Source: a virus. From it: 64,000 nt of DNA. The position numbers and the translations under genes were made by a program. How positions within the stretch are numbered: the first letter of the stretch is position 1; every line of letters starts with the position of its first letter. The stretch lies in the IMG/VR virus record IMGVR_UViG_3300042301_004349, positions 96,001-160,000 of that record, one strand, 5' to 3'. This document shows, piece after piece, positions 1 to 11,859 of the stretch. The notes beneath the pieces are model-generated. The model had not been told where the DNA came from and searched no databases. It saw nothing but the letters and a program-made list of their open reading frames with translations.

Positions 1-1114
1 GATTGCCTGGAGAATAATAAGCGGTATGTAAAACAAAGTTTACACTAGTAGCATTTGGTATACCACCTGAATCTACTGTGTAGAATCCACTTTTTAATGC
101 TCCGTTTAATGTTGCATTGCTTATATAAGTTGTTGCAGTTGAATTATCTCCAAAAACATAATTTGCAGTTGAGGCTATAGCACCTGTTGCTCCTTGAGCA
201 CCAGTAGCTCCTTGAACTCCTGTACCTGTAGCTCCCTGCGCACCTGTTGCACCTTGTGCACCATTTGATCCATTAGTACCATTCGTTCCTGCAGCTCCCT
301 GTGCGCCTGTAGCGCCTTGCGCTCCATTAGAACCATTGGTTCCGTTTGTGCCAGCAGCACCTTGTGCTCCTGTTGAGCCTTGGGCTCCATTCGATCCGTT
401 AGTGCCGTTTGTTCCTGCTGTGCCTTGTAAACCAGTAGCGCCTGTAGAACCCTGTAATCCTGTTGCTCCTTGAGTACCAGTAGTACCTTGTAAACCTTGC
501 AATCCTCTATCGCCTTGATCGCCTTTGTCACCTTTGTCGCCCTTAGCGCCTTGAAAACCTTGAAGGCCTCTGTCACCTTGAAAACCTTGTCTACCTTGGT
601 CGCCCTGAGCGCCTTGTCTACCTTGGTCGCCTTGGAAACCTTGAAAACCTCTTGCTCCTTGGTCGCCTTGGAAGCCTCTAGGGCCTTGATCGCCTTGGTC
701 GCCTTTAGCACCTTGTGAACCTGTAGCACCCTGTGCTCCATCAGCACCAACATAACCATTCGCACCTTGCAGACCCTGAGGTCCAATAGCTGGAGAACCA
801 TTTACTAAAACAGAACCAGATATATTTACAGTTCCTGTAAATACGTGAGTATCGTCTTCTGAATTTCCAAATTTGGTTGATCCACTTTCATATAATATAG
901 AAGAGGAAACATATTCTGTATGAAATTCTTGTGCTGTAATTCTTCCCCCTATCGTTAAATCCCCCGTCACTGAACCTGAGCCTCCAATAGTAACAGTATG
1001 GCCATTGTCTTGGATTATACTATCATGTATTTCACCACCAGTTGCTCTTAATACAGAACCAGATGTGGCGCGGCTTAAAAGTGAGGCAAGGATTGTATTT
1101 TTACTTTTACTCAT
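1..1114 (-). CDS. Collagen-like tail fibre protein, runs off left edge; absent from ORF track
   Basis: Manual translation from ATG at 1114: MSKSKNTILASLLSRATSGSVLRATGG...ITAQEFHTEYVSSSIIYESGSTKFG...GPQGLQGANG, then G-X-Y repeats (~181-785). ATAAATAT motif upstream at 1143-1150. Confidence 0.85.
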   Translation of the reverse strand, partial: MSKSKNTILASLLSRATSGSVLRATGGEIHDSIIQDNGHTVTIGGSGSVTGDLTIGGRITAQEFHTEYVSSSILYESGSTKFGNSEDDTHVFTGTVNISGSVLVNGSPAIGPQGLQGANGYVGADGAQGATGSQGAKGDQGDQGPRGFQGDQGARGFQGFQGDQGRQGAQGDQGRQGFQGDRGLQGFQGAKGDKGDKGDQGDRGLQGLQGTTGTQGATGLQGSTGATGLQGTAGTNGTNGSNGAQGSTGAQGAAGTNGTNGSNGAQGATGAQGAAGTNGTNGSNGAQGATGAQGATGTGVQGATGAQGATGAIASTANYVFGDNSTATTYISNATLNGALKSGFYTVDSGGIPNATSVNFVLHTAYYSPGN

Positions 1115-1162
1115 TATATTGTTTCCTTATTAGCTATTTAATATAAATATGAAGATTACTAT

Positions 1163-1492
1163 TTATGCTGTTGGTTTTGGATACTTAGCTTTAATAGCTA
1201 TACATTTTTGAATGTATTCATCTATTTGATCTTGATCACCTTTTACAACCCCATCAATATAATCTTCAATTGGGGGGTATTCAGAACGTCTTAATCTTTG
1301 ATAAAGAGAAGCATTGTATTCATCTATTAATTCTTGGCGTTTTTCTTCTATATCTAAAGGTAAATCTATAAGATTACCTTGTAAATCTTTAAGTATATTA
1401 TCTTCAAGTATAGATTTGATACCATACTTTATACTCAGTACAGAAACATTATCAATGTATGTTACTGGTTCTATTTTGTTTTTGTTTATCAT
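1163..1492 (-). CDS. Small phage protein, probable tail fibre assembly chaperone
   Basis: 109 aa, directly downstream of a fibre gene; C-terminal YQRLRRSEYPPIEDY...IKAKYPKP resembles small fibre-associated proteins of aquatic phages. Confidence 0.55.
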   Translation of the reverse strand: MINKNKIEPVTYIDNVSVLSIKYGIKSILEDNILKDLQGNLIDLPLDIEEKRQELIDEYNASLYQRLRRSEYPPIEDYIDGVVKGDQDQIDEYIQKCIAIKAKYPKPTA

Positions 1493-1507
1493 AAAATTTA
1501 ATATTTT

Positions 1508-4500
1508 TTAAACCCAATATCCAACACAATATAAAGCAATGTGGTGGGTACCACCACTAAGTCCATGTCCTAGTGTATAGTATACTGTACCATTTGCATT
1601 TACATTTATAATACCATTATGCCATGAACCATAATAATGCATAAAATTGGTCATATTTGTTCCTGAAGCGTCTCCATCATGTTCTAAAACAAATGAACCA
1701 TGATATTGTGGAGTAAAAGTATTACTAACACCAGGCCAAGCAGCTCCTGGTCCGCCCCAAGAAATAACACTAACATCATTAGCTAATCCAAACCAAGATA
1801 CTGCATGGTCTCCTTGACCTGCCCCTGAACCATATCCTGTAATGTGGTACCAACCATATACTAATAATGCTTTAGCATTTGAAGGAACACCACTAAAATC
1901 TGTTACAGCAAAATTACCTTGTGTTTGACCACTTACTGAAAATGTTTTTGTAGCTACTGAAGTTAATTGTATAAAAGTATTTGCTTTATAGCTACCACTA
2001 TTTGAAATTGTTCCACCATTTACTGTAACATCTCCACCAGAAGCAATAGTTACTCTAGTATTAGGTCCATTAGTATTAAATTTAATACCAACACCCACAC
2101 CAGATTCAATACCTAAATCTCCAGATATAATATCTGAGAAAACATAATGTGTTTTTAAGTTTGTAGCATTGTTAATTCTTATATCAGTATTTGATGTTTC
2201 TGCGGTGCCAAGTGTTAAACTTCCAGCAATTCCAGCATCACCTAACCCATTTAAAGTCATTGCGGTTAATGGTGGTTGATCTTGAGCTGCATTGCCTTGG
2301 TATACTCTGAATCTTAAAACATTTGCTGAAGGGCCACCAGCAGTAAGGACAGCGTCTATTCCTATCCATCTATTATTATTAACACCAATATCTGAATTGG
2401 CCATGTATTTAATAAGATTATCATAGGTTCCATCAAATCCATTATGTGTAGCTTTTATTATGTCTCCACCAGAGGTAATGTGCAAACGTTGAGAGGCATT
2501 AGTTGAAAATCTTAAATACCCATTTGCATTATTATCCATATTAAGATTAAGACCATTGCTTGTAATATCCATTACAGAGGTTGCGTTAGCAAACCATCTC
2601 ATTAATCTGTAACTACCTGAGTAAAGTGTGTTAGCAAAGAAGTATGCTACATAATTGCTTGAATTATTATGTACTTGAAGTATTGCATCATTTTCACTAA
2701 CTGTATTAAGTAATAATCTACCATTTGCAGTGATTTGTGCAACACTGCTGTTTGTAGTATAAGAATAAAAATGATAAGACCCTGTATTGTTTGCACTTCT
2801 TAAACCTATATACCAATTATCTGATCCTCCTGTTGATAATTTCCAACCGGTTTCAAAAGAAGTACTTGATCTATTTACTCTTGGATAAACATTAGCATTA
2901 GTATTTGATATTAACATTACATCGCCAAATCCACTTGTATTATTACCTACACCTAAACTATTTGCAGTCACCGATGAACTAAATGTAGCTGCACCTGTTG
3001 AGGTCATTGTGAATACATTGGCACCACCGCCATTAACTCTGAAGTTTATACCTTGACCTGTTGCAGCATTTAGATATATGCCATCAGTAGCATCATTAGC
3101 AGCAAATATTCTATTAAAACCGTTTGAATTAGTACCAAATGCAAATGTTCTATATGCACCACCAAATGTTTGGTCTGTACCGATTACTGTTCCATTTATA
3201 ATAATATTCTCTGTAAACCTACCCGTTCCACTCACATCAAGTTTATAAGAAGGATTTAATGTTCCTATACCGACATCACCATTAGTACCTTTAATTACTA
3301 TGCCTAAATTAGCACCTCTTAAATGTAAATCAGCATAAGTACCTCCAGTTTGTTTGTAAGAAACTATTTGAGCAGTACCATCTTGTTCTTGGATAACTAC
3401 TCCAGTTGAGGTCATATCAAAAGCTGCTTGACCCATTACATGGAGAGTTCTAAGTGGGTTTGAAGTACCTATACCAACACTTCCATCTAATAATACTAAG
3501 TTATAAAGATTAAAAGAATTATTTGCTGAGTTTGGTGTTACAAATTGAGCGCCTCTTCTAAATAATATTTCTCTACCATCTCCACTAAAGGCACCATTAG
3601 CATTTCCTGAAGGATCATATCCAATTGAGATTGTAGTAGAGTTTGATGTATCACCAAGCATTACAACTTTATAAGTACTTGGACTATATCCCCATCCTGT
3701 ACCTTTTAAAGCTTGAAAATCTACACTATTAGCTCTTAAACCTATTGTGTTTAAAACTTGAAGTTGGTAAGAAGATGCTGTAATACCAACACCAACATTA
3801 GTTCCATTATCAAAAATTTGACTATTTCCTATAGCACTACTACTTGTAAACTTAGCTACATAATTAGTAGTACCTGATACTCCTGGTCCTTGTGTTCCTT
3901 GGAAACCTTGAGCACCAGTTGCACCTTGAATACCTTGAGCTCCAGTTGTTCCTTGAGCACCTGTTGCCCCTTGAGCACCAGTACTACCTTGAGCTCCTGT
4001 ACTTCCTTGTAATCCAGTAGGTCCAACAGAACCTTGTAATCCAGTAGCACCTTGGGACCCAGTAGCACCTTGAGCGCCTGTATCTCCTTGATCGCCTTTT
4101 GCTCCTTGAGCACCAACACTACCTTGTAGTCCAGTAGGTCCTTGAGAGCCAGTTGCACCTTGATTACCTGTAGCTCCCTGAGGTCCAACAGCACCTTGAG
4201 CACCTGCTGCTCCTTGATTACCCTGAGATCCTATTTCTCCTAAATAATTGTCTATTTCTATTGTATCACCAGCACTAGCAGCATTTGTTAGTACTACTGT
4301 TGTACCATTTGTTGCAGTATAATCTACTCCTGATGTTTGTTTAACACCATTCCAGAATACATCTACTAATCCAGCAGTATAACCACCAGGTACTGTAAAT
4401 GTTGTTTGACCATTTGTTGCAGTAAATATATTTACATTTCTAGCTGATGAGCTTACTGCTCCTTGAGCACCAGTTGCACCTTGATCGCCTTGATTACCTT

Positions 4501-5443
4501 GGAATCCTTGGTCGCCCTTAGCACCTTGGAAGCCCTGGTCGCCCTGTGCTCCTTGGTAGCCTTGATCACCTTGAAATCCAAATCCTTGAAAACCTTGATC
4601 GCCTTGTGCTCCTTGGAAACCTTGGTCACCCTGTGCTCCCTGGTAGCCTTGGTCACCCTGTGCTCCTTGTGCACCTTGATAGCCCTGGTCGCCTTGAGCT
4701 CCTTGGTAGCCTTGATCACCTTGTGCACCTTGATAGCCCTGGTCGCCTTGAGCTCCCTGAATGCCTTGAAAACCTTGGTCGCCTTGTGCACCTTGTGCCC
4801 CAGTTGCTCCTTGAGCTCCATCTACTCCAATAAATCCATTTGCTCCTTGAGCACCTGCTGGTCCTTGAGGACCCATCATACCACCTACAGTAGCTACTGC
4901 TTTACCTGCTACAGGCACTGCAAATGTAACAACTAAATTGTTAGTACTTACTGCTGTTATAGTAGAAGGAATAATAACTTGATTGTTATTATCGTATAAT
5001 TCGATTACGGGATATTGTTCACTTAAATTATGATTAAATGACCAAGTTGTTGCTGACGCGAATGTTTGTTTAGCGGTTCTTCCATCTCCTGTATTAGCAG
5101 CTACATTATCTACCCATACAGCACCATTTGCTGTTACTTGTAGAATTTGTCCTACAGATCCTGTACTATTGGTATAGTCACGGACTGTTAATGGTAATTT
5201 TACACTACCACTTAATTCTAAAGATCCTGTAATTTGATGAGATGAACCTGAGATTATAAGTGATCCTGATATTTGGGTGTTTGTTGTAAGTATTTCTTCA
5301 ATACTTTCACCTGCTGATCCACTTTTCTCAAAATAAATTTTACCGTCGTAGGTATTCATTGCCAATTCACCCAACTCCAACTGCGATGTAGTTGGTTTGT
5401 TGCCAGTGGTTGCACTCCTACGTAACTTAACAATTTGCGCCAT
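1508..5443 (-). CDS. Collagen-like tail fibre protein (1311 aa)
   Basis: N-terminal KLRRS...PT...[16 protein letters not shown] (Mtd-N-like anchor), two G-X-Y tracts, repeated VGIGT beta motifs. Confidence 0.85.
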   Translation of the reverse strand: MAQIVKLRRSATTGNKPTTSQLELGELAMNTYDGKIYFEKSGSAGESIEEILTTNTQISGSLIISGSSHQITGSLELSGSVKLPLTVRDYTNSTGSVGQILQVTANGAVWVDNVAANTGDGRTAKQTFASATTWSFNHNLSEQYPVIELYDNNNQVIIPSTITAVSTNNLVVTFAVPVAGKAVATVGGMMGPQGPAGAQGANGFIGVDGAQGATGAQGAQGDQGFQGIQGAQGDQGYQGAQGDQGYQGAQGDQGYQGAQGAQGDQGYQGAQGDQGFQGAQGDQGFQGFGFQGDQGYQGAQGDQGFQGAKGDQGFQGNQGDQGATGAQGAVSSSARNVNIFTATNGQTTFTVPGGYTAGLVDVFWNGVKQTSGVDYTATNGTTVVLTNAASAGDTIEIDNYLGEIGSQGNQGAAGAQGAVGPQGATGNQGATGSQGPTGLQGSVGAQGAKGDQGDTGAQGATGSQGATGLQGSVGPTGLQGSTGAQGSTGAQGATGAQGTTGAQGIQGATGAQGFQGTQGPGVSGTTNYVAKFTSSSAIGNSQIFDNGTNVGVGITASSYQLQVLNTIGLRANSVDFQALKGTGWGYSPSTYKVVMLGDTSNSTTISIGYDPSGNANGAFSGDGREILFRRGAQFVTPNSANNSFNLYNLVLLDGSVGIGTSNPLRTLHVMGQAAFDMTSTGVVIQEQDGTAQIVSYKQTGGTYADLHLRGANLGIVIKGTNGDVGIGTLNPSYKLDVSGTGRFTENIIINGTVIGTDQTFGGAYRTFAFGTNSNGFNRIFAANDATDGIYLNAATGQGINFRVNGGGANVFTMTSTGAATFSSSVTANSLGVGNNTSGFGDVMLISNTNANVYPRVNRSSTSFETGWKLSTGGSDNWYIGLRSANNTGSYHFYSYTTNSSVAQITANGRLLLNTVSENDAILQVHNNSSNYVAYFFANTLYSGSYRLMRWFANATSVMDITSNGLNLNMDNNANGYLRFSTNASQRLHITSGGDIIKATHNGFDGTYDNLIKYMANSDIGVNNNRWIGIDAVLTAGGPSANVLRFRVYQGNAAQDQPPLTAMTLNGLGDAGIAGSLTLGTAETSNTDIRINNATNLKTHYVFSDIISGDLGIESGVGVGIKFNTNGPNTRVTIASGGDVTVNGGTISNSGSYKANTFIQLTSVATKTFSVSGQTQGNFAVTDFSGVPSNAKALLVYGWYHITGYGSGAGQGDHAVSWFGLANDVSVISWGGPGAAWPGVSNTFTPQYHGSFVLEHDGDASGTNMTNFMHYYGSWHNGIINVNANGTVYYTLGHGLSGGTHHIALYCVGYWV

Positions 5444-5513
5444 ATCTATGGTCTGTTTTTAATTTAGTATGTACTAGTATATCCTTCGATCTATATAGAT
5501 CGTGTATAAATAT

Positions 5514-8500
5514 TTACTTAGAAGCTAATTGTGCCTCTAAATTTGCTATTTTTGCATTTAATTCTTTGATTGCTTCGATGAATAAACCTGCCATGTTGCC
5601 ATAAGCTACTGAATAGTATCCTTTCTGATCTTCACTTACTGCTTCTGGTAGTACGTTTAATACGTCTTGTGCAATAACTCCAGTATGACGTTTATTTTTA
5701 TCATTTATATCATTACGAGTAAAGGTCACACCACGAATTGCTTTAACTTTTTCTACAGCGTTTTCTATTACTTCTACATTATTTTTAACACGAGAATCTG
5801 AGAATGCAGTGATGTCTTGGAAACAGAAAAATGGATTAACAGATACTACAGTATTACATCCTAAATTTAATGCATAATCGTGACCACCGTTTGCATTATT
5901 ACCAAGTAAAACTTTTCCACTACTCCAACCTAAAAATAAAGTATTACAACTACCCCATGCTGAACTAGCCTCTAAGTGCCTTACAATATATACCGTATTA
6001 ACGTCACTTCTTACAAAAGATGAAGCATGTAATCCGTCTACAGTATCGGAATTACCAGCTGAGTTTGCATAGTTTACTGATTGGCTACCAATATTAGCAC
6101 TATGTATAATTTGTCTCCAAGCATACCAAGAACCAGCATAACCTGCTCTCCACCTTAAATCTGTACTGTTGTAATAATCTCCTTGTATTTGCCACATAGT
6201 ATCTCCACCACCCAAATGTAATACAGGAGCATAGCTTAAGTTTCCACCATTACCATTCTCATTTCTATAAACAGCTGTTCCTCCATTGTTTACATTCATA
6301 GAACCATTGCCTAGACCTTGTAAATTCAATCCAGCTACATATGAACTAGCTGTAACATACCCAGAGTTATTAGTAAATTGGGATACGTTCATATTGGATA
6401 ATGAACCTGCAGAGCCTGTTATATTTATATCCCATGTTCCATTATTATGAACAAATCTATAACCAGTGTTACCATAATTTACAGCTCCATTAGAAAGAAT
6501 CTTTATACCCCCATTAGCCCAATCCCCATTTTTAGCAATCATAAATTCATCAGAGGCCATAGTAGCAACTTGATACCAAGCACCACCTGAAACACCACCA
6601 GAACGACCCATACGTACACCGGCACCATTGGATGTACCATTCCAAGTAGCATGCATGTTATTAATCATTACGCCTGGTTCTGCTCCTCCACTTGCCCCAA
6701 GTGTGCCATAAGTTACCCCGTCACCCCAGTTATTAGATGCTGTAAAAGAAAGTCGTGTCCAACCGCCGCTTGTAGTAATGTTAGTTTGCCAAACACCATT
6801 TAATGTAGTATTCCCACTAACTGTTAATCCACTATATACAGTTGTTAATCCACCACCATAACCTAAACCTACTGGTCCATTGTGGCCGTAATTTAACCAT
6901 ATGTTTCCTCCAGAACTAACGTTCTGGATTGTATCAGTTAAAGATGCACTGCTTATTTGAATATTTCTAAACACAGCACCACCTGCATTATTTGATGATA
7001 TACCTGTACTATTAGGATCTAAATAAAAAGTAGTATCGTTTGAGTCATAAAATATTGGAGCTCTAAAATCAGCTGCTGCTTGGATAGGAGTAGTTCCCCA
7101 CCCAATATCTCTACCCATTAATATCCTTCCGGTTGATGACTGGTAGATAAATAAAGATTCTACAGAATTTCCACTATCATGAATAGCAAATTCATACTCA
7201 TCAGCACAGTTAGCAAGAATACCAGCAGTTACACTACTTGCCCAAGAACCATTCAAAAAATTAAAATTATGGCTTGTAGAACCTAATATTAATTGACCAG
7301 TATAAGAAGGTTGATAGTAACTTCCTAAAACAATGTTATTCATTCTAGAAGTACTAGCAAAATCTCCGTAGTATCCTGTATCATTTGAATCATAGAATAT
7401 TGGTGCTCTAAAGCTAGTAGGAGCAGCAACATAACCACCTTCTCCATAATAAATTTGCAAGGCTCCATATCCACCCCCACCAGCATTGTTATGTGTAGTA
7501 AAATTATAAGCTAAACCATTAGCTCCTTGAACATCTTGCCATGCCCTAGACATAAATGTCATAGTGCTATAATCATTATTAATTACACTATTAAATCTAA
7601 TCTGAGTAGCATCGGATGCTTGTAAATTATATGCAACAGTTGATGTAGCAGAATTTCCTGAAGTATTATCAGAAACTCTTGCACTATCTACACGAACACC
7701 ATATGTGGTATTACCATTCCAACCCATAAGAGTTGGATAGGAAGCAGTCCAAGCAACTGTGGAATTGGTTTGGCTTACACCACCCCCACTTGGGGATGTG
7801 CCTTGAGAAGCATCAAATATAACATGATTATTACCATAATTTTTCCATGCCATTAAACCTATAACATTGTTAATAACAGTAGAATCATTCCAGTTTGATT
7901 GACCTCTTGAAACTACGTTACCTGTTGCTGTTATACTCCAAGTACCACTTGCACCACCCCCTGTTAGAGTTGGAGAATAAGAATTGTAATTAGCAGAAGA
8001 AAGCATAGTAACCCAAGATGACCAATCACTACAACAGTCTCTTAAAGTTCTAAGTGATAATGTAGCACTTGGATTATGCCATGAAGCAGCAAATTCAAAT
8101 CCTCTTCCTGCTGTTACAAACTGAGCAGCTAAATCATAAGTATATGGGCTATTGGCACCACCATCATATGCACCATATATAGCAAGACCACTAGATATTT
8201 TAGTAGTTCTATCATTGTTATAACTCACACCTGTTCCTAAAACAGTTGCAGCATTTGCACCTTGATCGCCTTTAAAGCCTTGGAAACCTCTGTCGCCTTG
8301 GTCGCCTTTAAAGCCTTGGAAGCCTCTGTCGCCTTGGTCTCCTTTATCGCCTTTGTCGCCTTTAAAGCCTTGGAAACCTCTGTCGCCTTGGTCGCCTTTA
8401 AAGCCTTGGAAGCCTTGGTCGCCTTTATCGCCTTTGTCGCCTTTAAAGCCTTGGAAACCTCTGTCGCCTTGGTCGCCTTTGAAGCCTTGGTCTCCTTTAT

Positions 8501-10439
8501 CGCCTTTGTCGCCTTTAAAACCTTGGAAGCCTCTGTCGCCTTGAGCTCCAACACCACCTTGATGGCCTTGTTGTCCAGCAAATCCTTGATCGCCTTTATC
8601 TCCTTTAGCACCTTGAGATCCAGTTGCACCTTGCAAACCAGTATTACCTTGTGGTCCTATTGGGCCAGTTGGTCCTTGGTTTCCTTGATCGCCTTTAGCT
8701 CCTTGTAAACCAGTAAAACCTTGATCGCCTTTTGTTCCTTGTATGCCTTGAAAACCTTGGTCGCCTTTAGCACCCTGAACTCCATTAGTGCCTGCTGTAC
8801 CTTGTAAACCTGTTGCACCCGTTGCTCCTTGAAGGCCTGTTGCACCTGCTGATCCTTGAAGACCAGTGGGACCTGTTGGGCCTATATCTCCTTGGGCTCC
8901 ATTTGCACCTGCTGATCCTTGAAGTCCTGTTGGGCCTGTAGCTCCAATAGAACCTTGTAATCCAGTTGGTCCAGTAGTACCTTGCAACCCAACAGGACCT
9001 ATTGAGCCTTGTAATCCAGTTGGGCCTGTTGACCCAGTTGGGCCTTGAAAACCTTGATATCCATCACCTTGGTATCCTTGAAAACCTCTATCACCTTGAT
9101 CTCCTTGAAAACCTTTATCACCCATAGCACCTTGGAAGCCTTGGTATCCATCACCTTGATATCCTTGAAAACCCATATCGCCTTGATATCCTTGAAAACC
9201 TTTATCTCCTATTGTTCCTTGAGCGCCTTGATTTCCTAAGGCTCCTTGATCACCTTGTGGGCCTTGAGAACCTACTACTGCACCAACACTAGTTAATACA
9301 TAAGAATAACTTGATGTTCCTTCAGTATACCACCCAATATTGTGATTACCATTTGATTGATCTTTAACATAGATTTTAACAATCATTCTGTTTGTAGGAT
9401 CAATTACTGTTGAAGGTAAAACAATATCAACAAACGTTTCAACGGTATTTATAGAATCCATCCAACCCACAGCAGCCATACCTGATGTAATTAAAGGTCC
9501 TATTGCTGTACCTGAGGAGTTGGCTAATTGAATTGTTACATATGTGTCTATATTATTACCTTGGGAATCTCTTAAATAATGAAGATGAAATCTTTGAGTT
9601 CCTCCAGGAATAATAGCAAATCCTAATTGAGGTGTTAAAAATTGACTTATTAAAACAGGGGTTGAACCATTTGTTGAAGTAGTTACAATTTGTTCTGGAG
9701 AAGTTGATGGGTCTTTTGATAATACTTTATAAGGAGAAATATCTGATGATTGACTCTGATTAAAATAGTATGTTTGACCTGCGCTTATACCTCCACTACC
9801 TTGATTACCTTGAAAACCTTGATCGCCTTTGGCTCCTTGTATACCTTGATCGCCTTTGGCTCCCTGAAATCCTAAAGATCCTTGAGGGCCTACTATGCCT
9901 TGAAATCCTTGATCACCTTTAGTTCCTTGAATACCAATTGAACCTTGAAGGCCTATTGGTCCTTGAATACCTTGAGCACCAACACTACCATTAAATCCTT
10001 GGTCACCTTTATCGCCTTTTTCTCCCTGTATACCTATTGGGCCTTGAATACCTTGAGGGCCAATTATACCTTGCAAACCAGTAGCTCCTTGCAAACCAGT
10101 AGCTCCTTGAAGACCAGTTGGACCTATATCTCCTTGAGGTCCAGTTGGACCTTGGGTTCCTATAGGGCCTATGGCTCCTTGAGGGCCTGGATCTCCTATT
10201 GAGCCTTGTGGACCTAATGGACCAGGACCTCCTGAAGGACCTGTTGCTCCAGTTGCTCCTTGAGCTCCTGTACCTCCTGTTTCACCAAGAGTTACAATAG
10301 TTTCAACACCGTTAACGTTTTTCTTGAGATAAACCTTACCATCGTAAGTATTCATTGCTAATTCACCTAGTTGTAGGTCAGCAATTGTAGGGATCTTTCC
10401 AGGCGTAGCTGTTCTACGCAGAGTAATAAGACGAGACAT
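5514..10439 (-). CDS. Collagen-like tail fibre with C-terminal intramolecular chaperone (peptidase S74-like), 1641 aa
   Basis: Same N-terminal [12 protein letters not shown] domain as 1508..5443; long G-X-Y tracts; C-terminal [10 protein letters not shown]...IRGVTF...GVIAQDV...[15 protein letters not shown]. Confidence 0.9.
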   Translation of the reverse strand: MSRLITLRRTATPGKIPTIADLQLGELAMNTYDGKVYLKKNVNGVETIVTLGETGGTGAQGATGATGPSGGPGPLGPQGSIGDPGPQGAIGPIGTQGPTGPQGDIGPTGLQGATGLQGATGLQGIIGPQGIQGPIGIQGEKGDKGDQGFNGSVGAQGIQGPIGLQGSIGIQGTKGDQGFQGIVGPQGSLGFQGAKGDQGIQGAKGDQGFQGNQGSGGISAGQTYYFNQSQSSDISPYKVLSKDPSTSPEQIVTTSTNGSTPVLISQFLTPQLGFAIIPGGTQRFHLHYLRDSQGNNIDTYVTIQLANSSGTAIGPLITSGMAAVGWMDSINTVETFVDIVLPSTVIDPTNRMIVKIYVKDQSNGNHNIGWYTEGTSSYSYVLTSVGAVVGSQGPQGDQGALGNQGAQGTIGDKGFQGYQGDMGFQGYQGDGYQGFQGAMGDKGFQGDQGDRGFQGYQGDGYQGFQGPTGSTGPTGLQGSIGPVGLQGTTGPTGLQGSIGATGPTGLQGSAGANGAQGDIGPTGPTGLQGSAGATGLQGATGATGLQGTAGTNGVQGAKGDQGFQGIQGTKGDQGFTGLQGAKGDQGNQGPTGPIGPQGNTGLQGATGSQGAKGDKGDQGFAGQQGHQGGVGAQGDRGFQGFKGDKGDKGDQGFKGDQGDRGFQGFKGDKGDKGDQGFQGFKGDQGDRGFQGFKGDKGDKGDQGDRGFQGFKGDQGDRGFQGFKGDQGANAATVLGTGVSYNNDRTTKISSGLAIYGAYDGGANSPYTYDLAAQFVTAGRGFEFAASWHNPSATLSLRTLRDCCSDWSSWVTMLSSANYNSYSPTLTGGGASGTWSITATGNVVSRGQSNWNDSTVINNVIGLMAWKNYGNNHVIFDASQGTSPSGGGVSQTNSTVAWTASYPTLMGWNGNTTYGVRVDSARVSDNTSGNSATSTVAYNLQASDATQIRFNSVINNDYSTMTFMSRAWQDVQGANGLAYNFTTHNNAGGGGYGALQIYYGEGGYVAAPTSFRAPIFYDSNDTGYYGDFASTSRMNNIVLGSYYQPSYTGQLILGSTSHNFNFLNGSWASSVTAGILANCADEYEFAIHDSGNSVESLFIYQSSTGRILMGRDIGWGTTPIQAAADFRAPIFYDSNDTTFYLDPNSTGISSNNAGGAVFRNIQISSASLTDTIQNVSSGGNIWLNYGHNGPVGLGYGGGLTTVYSGLTVSGNTTLNGVWQTNITTSGGWTRLSFTASNNWGDGVTYGTLGASGGAEPGVMINNMHATWNGTSNGAGVRMGRSGGVSGGAWYQVATMASDEFMIAKNGDWANGGIKILSNGAVNYGNTGYRFVHNNGTWDINITGSAGSLSNMNVSQFTNNSGYVTASSYVAGLNLQGLGNGSMNVNNGGTAVYRNENGNGGNLSYAPVLHLGGGDTMWQIQGDYYNSTDLRWRAGYAGSWYAWRQIIHSANIGSQSVNYANSAGNSDTVDGLHASSFVRSDVNTVYIVRHLEASSAWGSCNTLFLGWSSGKVLLGNNANGGHDYALNLGCNTVVSVNPFFCFQDITAFSDSRVKNNVEVIENAVEKVKAIRGVTFTRNDINDKNKRHTGVIAQDVLNVLPEAVSEDQKGYYSVAYGNMAGLFIEAIKELNAKIANLEAQLASK
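8255..9270 (-). repeat. Collagen-coding repeat tract, near-identical tandem units at ~8260-8545
   Basis: Repeated ccttggtcgcctttaaagccttgg-type units encoding [15 protein letters not shown]. Confidence 0.9.
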
Positions 10440-10508
10440 AAGCGCTCAATAATTTAAAGTATATACTTACACCTTACGGTGACCTATCTATCAGGCACGT
10501 ATAAATAT

Positions 10509-10532
10509 AAAAGGGCTCCGAATTGGAGCCCT
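10509..10532 (-). terminator. Intrinsic terminator
   Basis: AGGGCTCC-N5-GGAGCCCT stem followed on the minus strand by TTTTATATTT. Confidence 0.75.
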
Positions 10533-10559
10533 ATTAATTATATTTGAAACGGTTAAATT

Positions 10560-11810
10560 TTAGAAATTACCACCATCTATTACATTTGTCATTGTCCAAG
10601 CACTACCATCCCACTTAGCATATTGATCTGCTAATGATGGAGCAGTCATTGATACTATTTGACTTGAAGCATTACCAAATATTAAAGCATTTGTTGTTAA
10701 AGAATTTGAATTTTGAACTGCAATTCTTTTTTCTGATCCTAATGGACCTGCTATCCAGTAGTCATTTGTTGTGTCCCAAAGTAATGAACCAGAAACTGTA
10801 TTTGGAGAAGTTGGATCTTTAACAACCAAACCTGCGTTTGTAGCTCCAGTACCATTTAATGAAATTATATTATCACCAATTTCAACTGTTGTTGAGTTAA
10901 CAATTGTTGAAGTACCACTTACTGTTAAATTACCTCCAACTACTAAGTTATTAGCAAATGAAGCATTTGAACCACTTAAAGTTAATACTGTGTCTCCAGT
11001 GCTTGATTTAATATCATTACCGCCTACTGTTAAATCACCACCAATTGTTACGTTATTTGGTAAACCAATTGTTAATGTTTGTCCTGAGATTGAAGTTTCA
11101 ATTTCATTAGCAGTTCCTACAATAGATAAAGCTTGAGTTAATAAATCAACACTTCCAGAACCGCTATCTGATGTAATATCTAATTCAGTTACTAATCCTG
11201 TTAATCCAGCACCATTACCTACGAATGAACCACTGAATGAACCACTAACTGAAGTAAATACACCTTGTTGTGCATAAATTGTTCTCCAACGTTTGCTGTT
11301 TGTACCTAAATCAAAAGCAATATCAACATCTGGTATAATAGATGAGCTGATGTCTGCGCCAAAAGTTACAAAATCTGTATTAGCGTCACCAACTGTAATA
11401 TTACCACCTAAAGTAATGTTACCATCAATTGTTGCGTTTCCACTTAAATATAAGTTAGAACCTGTAATTATACCTGTAGTAATACTTAAAGGATTAATTG
11501 CGCTTCCACTTACAGCACCTGCTAAATCTAAACGAGTATTACCAGCTGCTTTTAAAATGTAAAGATTCTTATCTGTAGAATTATAGAAAGAAACACCTTC
11601 TAATTGACTGTAACTAGAGATATCTGGTGCAGAAGAACCATAGTATAATTGAGGAACTGCTTTGTATGAGGTTGAATCTCCTACAAATAATACAGGACCT
11701 ACTAAATTACCTATCGAGCCTGTACCTAATATAATTTCACCAGCATTAACAGGTGAAAGGGTACCGACGTTGGCTATCGAACCGCGACGGTGTTTAATTA
11801 TTTGGGCCAT
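10560..11810 (-). CDS. Virion tail/fibre-associated structural protein (416 aa)
   Basis: N-terminus MAQIIKHRRGS...AGE resembles fibre N-termini; G/S/T/N-rich beta repeats; ends IDGGNF. Confidence 0.65.
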   Translation of the reverse strand: MAQIIKHRRGSIANVGTLSPVNAGEIILGTGSIGNLVGPVLFVGDSTSYKAVPQLYYGSSAPDISSYSQLEGVSFYNSTDKNLYILKAAGNTRLDLAGAVSGSAINPLSITTGIITGSNLYLSGNATIDGNITLGGNITVGDANTDFVTFGADISSSIIPDVDIAFDLGTNSKRWRTIYAQQGVFTSVSGSFSGSFVGNGAGLTGLVTELDITSDSGSGSVDLLTQALSIVGTANEIETSISGQTLTIGLPNNVTIGGDLTVGGNDIKSSTGDTVLTLSGSNASFANNLVVGGNLTVSGTSTIVNSTTVEIGDNIISLNGTGATNAGLVVKDPTSPNTVSGSLLWDTTNDYWIAGPLGSEKRIAVQNSNSLTTNALIFGNASSQIVSMTAPSLADQYAKWDGSAWTMTNVIDGGNF

Positions 11811-11859
11811 ACTTTTTATTTATAATTTAATGGAATTATGTCTATTAATAAATATTAAG

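Noticed and set aside
8260-8545. Tandem repeats resembling a CRISPR array or DGR repeat
   Set aside because: In-frame collagen coding with no unique spacers; no cas or reverse transcriptase gene, and no adenine-specific TR/VR pair seen.
175-10202. Alternative-frame and antisense ORFs over the fibre genes (175..801, 497..718, 3856..4203, 4453..4936, 8237..8845, 9045..9239, 9945..10202)
   Set aside because: Shadows of stop-poor collagen repeats; the G-X-Y frame is the real one.
1508-10439. Mtd-like N-termini suggesting a diversity-generating retroelement
   Set aside because: Only the anchor domain is shared; no reverse transcriptase or template repeat in this window.
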